Below are positions 22,308 to 29,943 of a DNA stretch of 64,000 bases, one piece after another (the stretch's first letter is position 1; each line of letters opens with the position of its first letter). The notes under the pieces were generated by a model that saw nothing but the letters and a program-made list of their open reading frames with translations, did no database searches and was not told the origin of the DNA. The stretch comes from a bacterium (GTDB lineage Bacteria > Patescibacteriota > Patescibacteriia > JACPHY01). The position numbers were made by a program, and so were the translations under genes. The stretch spans positions 285-64,284 of the forward strand of contig JAUSKM010000015.1 in assembly GCA_030646955.1 (NCBI GenBank), written 5' to 3'.

Positions 22308-23927
22308 CTAAGGTGCGAGGCGGGCGCAAATGGCGTACGATGTTGCTGTTCTGTTGAAAGCGGTGCCATTTCGATACCCGCATCCCCAGCTCTGACCTGT
22401 GGTAACTGGATACGAATGCAGTAGTTGCATCGCTCCGGACCCGTCATCTTTACATCCGCCACCGATCCTTTGGCCGGCGGCACAAGTCACGACCCCAGAC
22501 GCAGTTACTGCATTTGCTGGAACACTGAAAGAGCTTTCAATGATTGTGAGACCGATGGATAGATTTCCATCGATCGTTGTATTTCCGTACACGTGCAGCT
22601 TTGCTGTATCGGTTCCCAAGAATCCACCAATGCCCAACCGATCATCGATGCGCTCGTCTCCATACACACGCAACTTCACCCCGGAAGGCGCTGCACCACC
22701 AATACCAACACCCAACGCACCACCCCCGACATGGAGTCGGTTGATCGTACCCAACGCATTCGAGAGCTTCAATTCACCCTCTTCGCTCACTTCCAATATC
22801 GGATCCGCCTGTAGGGGGGTGTAGCTATTGTGCTGCCCCAACACCCTAAACCAACTCGCTCCAACGTCATTCCCATCCGCATCAATCTGCACCTCCGCAT
22901 TTGCGGTGCTGGACATCACAAGAGGCGCGGTAACGTTGAGGGTAGATGCATGCACAAATCCCAATTGCGCACTCTTGTCATCGCGCAGCCGTAACGTAGA
23001 TGTTCCATCAGACGTCGCCACCGTCAATGCGCTCCCAGGATTCGCGTTTGTTGCATTCACCTTGAATTGAATATTTCCACTCGCATCAACATAGAAATTT
23101 CCGGCCGTTACATCAAGATTGGCCTGTGTCCCATTCCCCGCGATTTCCACTTTTCCCGCACGCGCAGTTCCCGCAATCCAGAGGTCACTCCCGCTGGTGC
23201 TCGTCTGCCCCGCTGGTGCGATGACGAGATCCGTAAGGGATACAAAATCGCCCGTTGCACCCGCTGCCGGCCACGCGCCGCGGCAGTCGCCCTGGAGACA
23301 GAGCTGGCCGGTGGTGGCGATGTCGCCCGCGACCCACAGCTTCCTGCTCGCATCCGGCGTAGCGCCGATGCCAACGTTACCCGTGACACCACTCACGTGC
23401 ATGCGCACCGCGGCACTCGTTCCAGAAACGGTACTCAACGTGAGATCTGCTGGAGGTGCCGATGACGACGCTGGCATGGCGACAATCGAGCCCCCCTGAA
23501 CGTAGAGTGCTGGTCCGACAAGTACCCCTTTCCCCGCCTGTCCGTACGCGTAGAGAAATCCGTTAGCGCTCGAAACGTACGCATCACCCGCGGCGTTCTG
23601 CACGCTGAAGTCGGACGAGCCCCGCATGATGAATCTCTCATTTTCCCCGTACAGATACCCGGATCCTTCGCTGCCCTGCAGGATGATGTTCCCACTCGCA
23701 AGGACGTTTGCCGCTTGCAATGCACCGCTGATGACAATGTTGCCCGTTTGCGTCTCTGGGGTCCCTGCGCCCCCCTGCAACCATACAAACCCCGGCGGAT
23801 TACCGGACGGAGGCGCTTGCCCTGGCTCCTGCCACTGCGCGTACGCGGACGATGCAAGTCCCGCAACCCCGAGGAAGAGGGCGACCACAAACATTGCGTA
23901 TGGGTGGTGACGGTTGGATGATTGCAT
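22308..23927 (-). CDS. Secreted tail-fibre-like repeat surface protein
   Basis: Signal peptide MFVVALFLGVAGLASSAYA. Recurring GNVGIGATPDASRKLWVAGD and KLHVYGNTTIDGNLSIG type repeats. An LCLQGDCRGAWP motif and a Cys-containing C-terminal domain. The stop TAG (22310-22308) abuts the cysS ATG (22306). Confidence 0.65.
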   Translation of the reverse strand: MQSSNRHHPYAMFVVALFLGVAGLASSAYAQWQEPGQAPPSGNPPGFVWLQGGAGTPETQTGNIVISGALQAANVLASGNIILQGSEGSGYLYGENERFIMRGSSDFSVQNAAGDAYVSSANGFLYAYGQAGKGVLVGPALYVQGGSIVAMPASSSAPPADLTLSTVSGTSAAVRMHVSGVTGNVGIGATPDASRKLWVAGDIATTGQLCLQGDCRGAWPAAGATGDFVSLTDLVIAPAGQTSTSGSDLWIAGTARAGKVEIAGNGTQANLDVTAGNFYVDASGNIQFKVNATNANPGSALTVATSDGTSTLRLRDDKSAQLGFVHASTLNVTAPLVMSSTANAEVQIDADGNDVGASWFRVLGQHNSYTPLQADPILEVSEEGELKLSNALGTINRLHVGGGALGVGIGGAAPSGVKLRVYGDERIDDRLGIGGFLGTDTAKLHVYGNTTIDGNLSIGLTIIESSFSVPANAVTASGVVTCAAGQRIGGGCKDDGSGAMQLLHSYPVTTGQSWGCGYRNGTAFNRTATSYAICARLAP

Positions 23928-24176
23928 TCCTAGCTGCTCCACGCGAGATCCCTGGACGATCCTCGGAATGACGAGGAAAGGAAACTCTGTATGACGGGAG
24001 ATTAAAAGGGGGACCTCTGCAAAAGTTGTGTTATTGCGAGCCGAACCCGTGAAGCGTGGCAATCCCGGCGTTAGGTTGACCGAGATTGCGGAGCCTGTCC
24101 CGAGTACGCGATGGATCCGCGTGTGTGACTCCTCACCATGACACCGTAGGGTTTTTTGGAGGTCTCAAGGGACAAT

Positions 24177-24704
24177 CTACATCCGCTCCTCCCGTGGCCG
24201 ACGCGCGAGCACCATCGTGAGAATGGGGAGCACGATCCAAAGTGAACGCGCGGTATCCGTGAGGAACGCAGCGCGGGTCACCGGCGCGAACTGCTGCGTG
24301 ATGGTGGCGGGGAGGAACGAGAGCGTCACGGACACGAGCAATCCAACGTGGAGGATACTGAATACGAACACCTGCCAGAACGGCCCATCGTACCCGCCAA
24401 TCGCCCACGACATCGCGCTGCGGGAGAGCAGGAAAAAAATGAAGAGCAGCACGCCGAGGAATACCGTCACACGGAACACGAACGATGGCCCCACCGCTAC
24501 CTGCACCATTGTTCCGCTCACCTCATGGAACCACGGCACGGTGTGTACAACCGCGAGCGCCATGTAAATGGCCACGATGATCGCCAAAATCCGGTCACGT
24601 CCCAACGAGACGCCGTAGAGCAAAGAAAAAACGACAAAGAACAGGATGATGAAGAGATCCCACGTTGGCGAAGCAAAATTGAACTGAGGAAGCCAAGAAG
24701 ACAT
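24177..24704 (-). CDS. Hypothetical polytopic membrane protein
   Basis: 175 aa with about 5 hydrophobic helices (WDLFIILFFVVFSLLYGV..., ILAIIVAIYMALAVV...). No motif recognised. Confidence 0.55.
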   Translation of the reverse strand: MSSWLPQFNFASPTWDLFIILFFVVFSLLYGVSLGRDRILAIIVAIYMALAVVHTVPWFHEVSGTMVQVAVGPSFVFRVTVFLGVLLFIFFLLSRSAMSWAIGGYDGPFWQVFVFSILHVGLLVSVTLSFLPATITQQFAPVTRAAFLTDTARSLWIVLPILTMVLARRPREERM

Positions 24705-24803
24705 ACTACTGCGCAGTCATCCACAGTATAGCACGCTGGGCAGAGTACGCACCGTAGAAATAATTTCTGAACGGGATAGAGGACGTTGTGGGTACCCTTG
24801 ATA

Positions 24804-24961
24804 GCCGGAATTGCCACGTCGAGGACTCCTCGCAATGACAATACCGGTGTCATTGCGAGTCCGCGAAGCAATCCCGGCCATGTGCAGCACTGTGCTGCGT
24901 CGCCATCGCAAGAGTCCTGCTATGGCCGGGATTGCTTCGTCGCTTCGCTCCTCGCAATGAC
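24804..24961. repeat. Three family-T units, two of which form a long hairpin
   Basis: gccggaattgccacgtcgaggactcctcgcaatgac (24804-24839) faces gtcattgcgagtccgcgaagcaatcccggcc (24849-24879). A third, inverted unit ggccgggattgcttcgtcgcttcgctcctcgcaatgac lies at 24924-24961. Confidence 0.85.
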
Positions 24962-24998
24962 AACGTGGGCGTGACGAGGGGAATGACGGCTTCACGTA

Positions 24999-26090
24999 TT
25001 ACTCCGCGCTCCGTAGATCCTCCCACAGTTGCTTTGCTTTCCGCGAGAGCTTCTCGGGGATCTTCACGTCTACGGTGACGATGTGATCGCCGCGGCTGCC
25101 ACTGCGCCTTGGCACGCCCTTATGTTTCAATCGAAGCTGATCACCGGGCTGCGTGCCCGTAGGGATTTTGAGCGCGACATCGCCGTCCACCGTGGGAACA
25201 TCCACGGTGTCCCCAAGTGCCGCTTGCGGCGCGCTGACTGCCACCTGCGACCGAATCGTCTCGCCGTCGCGCGTGAACCGTGCATCGGGACGCACGCGAA
25301 GACGTACGTAGAGGCTCCCCGCCGCGCCGCCACGCCCTGCTGCTTCCCCGCCGCCACGCATCTCCAGCACGGTGCCGTCGTCCACGCCCGGAGGAACCTC
25401 AATCGCGAGGTCATCCGAGCGCACCTGCGTCCCGCTCCCACGGCACGTCGCGCACTTCGTTTTTGGTACCTTGCCCGCACCCTCGCACGCCGGACACGCA
25501 CGCACCTGCTGGAATGCGCCAAAGATGGTCTGCTGGACCTGTCGCACACGACCTGCGCCGCCGCATTGGCTGCACGATTGCACGTCCGTCCCCTTCTCCG
25601 CGCCGGTCCCGTGGCACTCTCGACACTCCACCCGCCGCTCCAACGTGAGTGTTTTGCGCACGCCAAAAATCGCCTCCGCAAAATGAATCTCCATCGCAAC
25701 TTCCAAATCCCGCCCGCGCCGCTGTCGAGCGCCGCCGCGCTGCCCCATCCCAAAGATGTCGCCGAGGCCGCCGCTAAAAGCCCCCGAGAAGAGGTCCTCA
25801 AAGTTCACGCCGGTCGCCTCCGCCCAATTGGAAAAATCGCCGAAGCCCTCAAAGCCCCGGAACCCGCCCTGCGCGCGCGCCTGCTCAAACGTGTGGCCGT
25901 ACTGATCGTACTGCTGGCGCTTCTCCACGTTTGAGAGAATCTGGTACGCCTCGCTGATTTCCTTGAATTTTTCCGGATCCCCACCCTTGTCCGGATGATG
26001 CTGCTGCGCGAGCTTCCGAAATGCGCGCTTCACCTCATCCGCCGATGCGGATTTAGCAACGCCGAGTGTATTGTAGTAGTCCTTGGCCAT
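24999..26090 (-). CDS. dnaJ: Chaperone DnaJ
   Basis: J domain (YYNTLGV...HHPDKGGD), a G/F region, four CxxCxGxG zinc motifs and a C-terminal substrate-binding domain. Confidence 0.95.
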   Translation of the reverse strand: MAKDYYNTLGVAKSASADEVKRAFRKLAQQHHPDKGGDPEKFKEISEAYQILSNVEKRQQYDQYGHTFEQARAQGGFRGFEGFGDFSNWAEATGVNFEDLFSGAFSGGLGDIFGMGQRGGARQRRGRDLEVAMEIHFAEAIFGVRKTLTLERRVECRECHGTGAEKGTDVQSCSQCGGAGRVRQVQQTIFGAFQQVRACPACEGAGKVPKTKCATCRGSGTQVRSDDLAIEVPPGVDDGTVLEMRGGGEAAGRGGAAGSLYVRLRVRPDARFTRDGETIRSQVAVSAPQAALGDTVDVPTVDGDVALKIPTGTQPGDQLRLKHKGVPRRSGSRGDHIVTVDVKIPEKLSRKAKQLWEDLRSAE

Positions 26091-26099
26091 AGGGAAGAT

Positions 26100-26141
26100 G
26101 CTAGCTGCTGGCTGCTAGCAGCTAGCAGCTAGATACTAGCA
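26100..26141. repeat. Six heptamer-periodic GCTAGCW-like units directly upstream of dnaJ
   Basis: gctagct gctggct gctagca gctagca gctagat actagca. The tract starts 10 nt from the dnaJ start codon and is also self-complementary (gctagctgc / gcagctagc). Confidence 0.7.
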
Positions 26142-26239
26142 CCATCGCTCATCACCGTAGCATGCTGCTGCGCGATGGACAATCATTTCCCCTCCCTCTC
26201 CGCTTCCAGGGGAGCGGTGGTGCGATACCGCGCCACCGC

Positions 26240-26310
26240 ACAGTCATACATGGCCACCTCTCCCCCTCTAGCTCCCCCTCCCCCCATGAGTACGTGCGGG
26301 GAGGGGGAGG
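26240..26310 (+). repeat. About 72-bp G/C-tract element, long form, copy A
   Basis: acagtcatacatggccacctctccccctctagctccccctccccccatgagtacgtgcggggagggggagg aligns along its length with 45806-45878 and with the reverse complement of 60164-60235. Confidence 0.85.
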
Positions 26311-26417
26311 ACAAGAACATCGGAGTCGCTGGAGACACTTTTCGCATCCGCCACAAATGGAAGCGCCAGCGCGATACCAAGCATCGCGAGGATCAACACC
26401 TTCGTACGACGTTGCAT
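26268..26417 (-). CDS. Possible 49-aa secreted peptide in the dnaK-dnaJ spacer
   Basis: MQRRTKVLILAMLGIALALPFVADAKSVSSDSDVLVLPLPARTHGGRGS has a signal-peptide-like N-terminus, but the last third is encoded by the repeat element. Speculative. Confidence 0.2.
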   Translation of the reverse strand: MQRRTKVLILAMLGIALALPFVADAKSVSSDSDVLVLPLPARTHGGRGS

Positions 26418-26527
26418 ACAAAACTGCGGAAAATAAAAAAGCCGTCCGGCACAACGGCACAGGCGCGGCGTGCCTATACACTGTTGATGGTATACCCCCC
26501 CACAACACTGTAAAGGGTACGTCACGC

Positions 26528-26561
26528 ACACCAGCGGAGCCGTTTCCGGCTCCGCTGGTGT
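26528..26561 (-). terminator. 15-bp perfect hairpin just downstream of dnaK
   Basis: acaccagcggagccg tttc cggctccgctggtgt. No strong T tract, so this may be a partial terminator or a processing site. Confidence 0.55.
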
Positions 26562-26579
26562 CGCGTTATGCACTGCGCG

Positions 26580-28427
26580 TTATTCTTTCTCCTTGAAATC
26601 CGCATCCTTCGCCGCATCTTCTCCATCCGGCTTCTTCTCGGGTTCCTTGTCCCCCGTTCCTTGTTCCTTGTTCTCCTTGTACATCGCCTCGCCGATCTTG
26701 GAGAGTGCCGGTTGCAGCTCGTCCAATGCGCGCGTGATCGCGGCAATATCCTGACCATCTTTCACCTCGCGCAGCGCGCGCACTTTTGTCTCCACCTCGG
26801 TCTTCACCGTAGCATCCACCTTGTCGCCAAGATCGCGCAACGATTTCTCGGCGGTGTGGATGATCGTCTCCGCCTGATTGCGCAGCTCGATCAGTTCCTT
26901 GAGCTTCTTGTCCTCCTCGGCGTGCGCATCGGCGTCCTTCTTCATACGCCCCACTTCCGCATCGGAGAGCTTTGCGGAACCGGAGATGGTAATCTTCTGC
27001 TCCTTGCTGGTTGCCTTGTCCTTCGCGGACACCGTGAGGATGCCGTTCGCATCAATGTCGAACGTCACCTCCACCTGCGGGATGCCGCGCGGTGCGGGCG
27101 GGATGCCGTCGAGCATGAACCGACCGAGCGATTTATTATCCTTCGCCATGGGCCGCTCACCCTGCAGCACATGCACCTCCACGCCCGTCTGGTTGTCCGC
27201 AGCGGTGGAGAACACCTGCGATTTGCTGGTGGGGATCGTTGCGTTGCGCTCGATGAGCGGCGTTGCAACGCCGCCGAGCGTTTCAATGGAGAGCGTGAGC
27301 GGCGTGACATCCAGGAGCAGGATATCCTTCGCGCTGGAGTCCTCGCCAGAGAGCACGCTCGCCTGAATCGCCGCGCCCTTCGCGACGCACTCCATGGGAT
27401 CCACGCCGTGCTCAATCTTCTTGCCCACAATGCTCTCCACAAGCTGCTGAACGACGGGCATGCGCGTGGGACCGCCGACCAGGATGACGCGCTCGACGGT
27501 CTGCGGCGTAATGCCTGCGTCTTTCAGCGCCCGCTCCACCGGCGCGCGGCACCGATCCACCGTGGGACGCACCAGCTCTTCCAACGTCGCGCGCGTCACC
27601 TTCACCAACAGATGTTTGGGACCATCCGCCGTCGCGGAGATAAACGGGAGGTTCACCTCCGTCTCCATGGTGGTGGAGAGTTCGATCTTTGCCTTCTCCG
27701 CCGCCTCGTGGAGGCGCTGGAGCGCCATCGCGTCCTTGCGCAAATCCACGCCGTTCGTACGATGGAACTCATCCGCAATATAGTTGAGGAGCACCTCGTC
27801 CATGTCGCGGCCACCCAGTTGCGTATCGCCAGAGGTCGAACGCACCTCAAAGACACCCTGGCTGAAATTCATGACGGTCACGTCCAGTGTGCCGCCGCCC
27901 AAATCGAACACCACCACTTGTTGCTCCTTATCCGTCACCTTATCCAGACCGTACGCGAGCGCTGCCGCGGTTGGCTCGTTGATGATACGCACCACCTCCA
28001 ACCCCGCAATGCGCCCCGCGTCCTTCGTCGCCTGGCGCTGATCGTCATCAAAGTACGCCGGCACGGTAATGACGGCTTTCTCTACTGGCTCACCAAGATA
28101 CTTCTCGGCATCCTGCTTGATCTTCTGCAACACGAACGCGGAGAGCTGCTGCGGCGTGTAGTCCTTGTCCCCCGTCTTTGCCTTCCAATCCGTCCCCATC
28201 CGACGCTTGAACCCGTGGAACGTACGATCCGGGTTGGACACCGCCTGCCGCCGCGCCGGCTCCCCCACCAACCGCTGTCCGTCCTTGGTGAACGCAACGT
28301 ACGACGGAAACGCCTTCCCGCCGATCGTGGACCCTTCCGCCGCCGGAATGATGTTCACGCTCCCCCCCTGCATCACCGCCGCGGCGGAGTTGGACGTCCC
28401 CAGGTCAATACCGATGATCTTTGGCAT
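26580..28427 (-). CDS. dnaK: Chaperone DnaK (Hsp70)
   Basis: [37 protein letters not shown], plus the substrate-binding and lid regions. Start trimmed to the ATG at 28427. Confidence 0.97.
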   Translation of the reverse strand: MPKIIGIDLGTSNSAAAVMQGGSVNIIPAAEGSTIGGKAFPSYVAFTKDGQRLVGEPARRQAVSNPDRTFHGFKRRMGTDWKAKTGDKDYTPQQLSAFVLQKIKQDAEKYLGEPVEKAVITVPAYFDDDQRQATKDAGRIAGLEVVRIINEPTAAALAYGLDKVTDKEQQVVVFDLGGGTLDVTVMNFSQGVFEVRSTSGDTQLGGRDMDEVLLNYIADEFHRTNGVDLRKDAMALQRLHEAAEKAKIELSTTMETEVNLPFISATADGPKHLLVKVTRATLEELVRPTVDRCRAPVERALKDAGITPQTVERVILVGGPTRMPVVQQLVESIVGKKIEHGVDPMECVAKGAAIQASVLSGEDSSAKDILLLDVTPLTLSIETLGGVATPLIERNATIPTSKSQVFSTAADNQTGVEVHVLQGERPMAKDNKSLGRFMLDGIPPAPRGIPQVEVTFDIDANGILTVSAKDKATSKEQKITISGSAKLSDAEVGRMKKDADAHAEEDKKLKELIELRNQAETIIHTAEKSLRDLGDKVDATVKTEVETKVRALREVKDGQDIAAITRALDELQPALSKIGEAMYKENKEQGTGDKEPEKKPDGEDAAKDADFKEKE

Positions 28428-28495
28428 AGTTTTCTTGTGTGACTTCACCTACCCCGTCTTATCATTGCACGTGAAAATCTGAAGGCCTCCATCGT

Positions 28496-28981
28496 TCATG
28501 CGGTATCGCTCACGGGGATCGATTCTGCTGCCACAATGACCTTCGCCGGGCGCAGGCAGCGATCGTGCAATGCGTATCCCTGCTGGGCGACGCGGACGAT
28601 GGCCCCGGGTGCTGTATCTGGATACGACTCCTGGCCCACAATCTCGTGCAGCAGGTAGTCCACCGTCACGCCCTCCTGCGCGGTTGGCGTGACGCGGTGC
28701 TCGGCGAGGAACCGCTCCAATTGACTGGCAATGGCCTCGCACTCGTGGAGGTGCGCTGCGGCCGCCTGCACCGAGTCCACAATAGGCAGGAGCGCTCGAA
28801 GCACGTCCGCGGCCGCAAACTTCGCGTGCTCCTGGCGCGCGCGCTCGTGCTGCTTCTCCGCGTTCACGAGATCCGCAAGCGCGCGTTTCCACTTTTGCTC
28901 CAGCTCCGCAATACGCGCCTGGCACGCGGTGTGGTCTGGCACTTCCGCTTGTGGCGCATCTGCTGGTTGGGTGTCACTCAT
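28496..28981 (-). CDS. grpE: Nucleotide exchange factor GrpE
   Basis: Coiled-coil N-terminus (IAELEQKWKRALADLVNAEKQHER), then LLPIVDS...HEIVGQE...VRVAQQGYALHDRCLRPAKV. Its ATG overlaps the hrcA stop (ATGA at 28981-28978). Confidence 0.9.
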   Translation of the reverse strand: MSDTQPADAPQAEVPDHTACQARIAELEQKWKRALADLVNAEKQHERARQEHAKFAAADVLRALLPIVDSVQAAAAHLHECEAIASQLERFLAEHRVTPTAQEGVTVDYLLHEIVGQESYPDTAPGAIVRVAQQGYALHDRCLRPAKVIVAAESIPVSDTA

Positions 28982-29688
28982 ACGATTCCCATTGCCGCAT
29001 ATCGAATATCTCGAAGCAACTCGAACTGCCGATCGTACGCCATGCGCATGGGCCCCGCAATGCCGATGGTCAATCGATGTCCTTCAGGGAGTGCGAGGTG
29101 CCCCGCAACCGTGCCACACTGGCCGCCGAACGGGTTCCCGTCCCCCAGGATGGCCGCCGCATCTCCCGTGAGCTGCGCATCAATAACTGCAATGGTATTG
29201 TCGAGATCATCGAAGCCCGCCGTGAATGCGTAGAGCGTCTCGCGATCATGGAACTCCGGCTGCACGACGACGTACGAAAGTCCTGTCGCGTACGCGTCGC
29301 CGTGTGCGATCCCCACCACCACTGCCTGCCGCGCCTCGCTGGCGAGCGCGCGCGCAATCGCGTGGCCGGCAAGCCGCACGTCCGCCGCAACCTCCGCGAT
29401 GAGCCGCGCAAACCGCTCCACGCGCTCCGCCGCAATGCGCGCTGCTTGCTGTTGGATGTGCTCCACGTACAGCTCGTACGCCGCGGGCGTTGGCGCACGG
29501 CCGGCAGACGTGTGCGGCTGTACCAGATACCCCTGCGCCTCCAGCGCGGCAAGCTCTGCGCGGATGGTCGCCGGACTCGCGTCAACCCCACGCCGGGCAA
29601 TTTCGCCCGACGACACCGGCTCCGCCGCCTCGACGTATGCCGAGATGACCTCAAAGAGAATGGTTACTTGACGATTGGTGAGCGACAT
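28978..29688 (-). CDS. hrcA: Heat-inducible repressor HrcA (short form, 236 aa)
   Basis: The N-terminal winged helix LTNRQVTILFEVISAYVEAAEPVSSGEIAR...SPATIRAELAALEAQGYLVQPHTSAGRAPT is typical of HrcA. Supported by operon context and an upstream CIRCE. Confidence 0.8.
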   Translation of the reverse strand: MSLTNRQVTILFEVISAYVEAAEPVSSGEIARRGVDASPATIRAELAALEAQGYLVQPHTSAGRAPTPAAYELYVEHIQQQAARIAAERVERFARLIAEVAADVRLAGHAIARALASEARQAVVVGIAHGDAYATGLSYVVVQPEFHDRETLYAFTAGFDDLDNTIAVIDAQLTGDAAAILGDGNPFGGQCGTVAGHLALPEGHRLTIGIAGPMRMAYDRQFELLRDIRYAAMGIV

Positions 29689-29701
29689 ATCCTCTCCCTA
29701 C

Positions 29702-29731
29702 AGCATAAAAAAGTATTGGCACTCTCGTCAA
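29702..29731 (-). promoter_or_regulatory. Candidate sigma-70-like promoter of the hrcA operon, overlapping CIRCE
   Basis: Minus strand: TTGACG (29731-29726), an 18-nt spacer, then TATGCT (29707-29702). A GGGAGAGGA SD follows, then the ATG at 29688. Confidence 0.45.
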
Positions 29732-29742
29732 GAGAGTGCCAA
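29716..29742. promoter_or_regulatory. CIRCE operator (HrcA binding site), variant
   Basis: TTGGCACTC-tcgtcaaga-GAGTGCCAA is a perfect 9-bp inverted repeat with a 9-nt spacer. The canonical form is TTAGCACTC-N9-GAGTGCTAA. Confidence 0.85.
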
Positions 29743-29776
29743 TACTCTCGGCGATTCGCTCGGTTTCCCCGGTGTA

Positions 29777-29857
29777 TCCTTTGCGAGTCCGTGAGGGCGC
29801 AGCAATCTCTCTGCCTGATTGGCCGGGATTACCACGTCGCGGACTCCTCGCAATGAC
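29777..29857. repeat. Two family-T units (one degenerate, one inverted)
   Basis: cctttgcgagtccgtgagggcgcagcaatctctc and ggccgggattaccacgtcgcggactcctcgcaatgac. Confidence 0.7.
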
Positions 29858-29943
29858 ACAAACATACGAAATTCTACCTCTCAAAAAGAACGAGACCCGC
29901 ACTTTCGTACGGGTCTCAGGTAATACTCCTCGAAGTTTGCGGC

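Noticed and set aside
22310-22480. Diversity-generating retroelement targeting the tail-fibre-like protein's C-terminus
   Set aside because: No reverse transcriptase ORF and no second (template) copy of the 3' region were found in the 64 kb. It is kept only as something to check genome-wide.
26568-28442. 624-aa plus-strand ORF
   Set aside because: It is exactly antisense to dnaK. The composition (R/H/L-rich) is non-protein-like and no motif is present.
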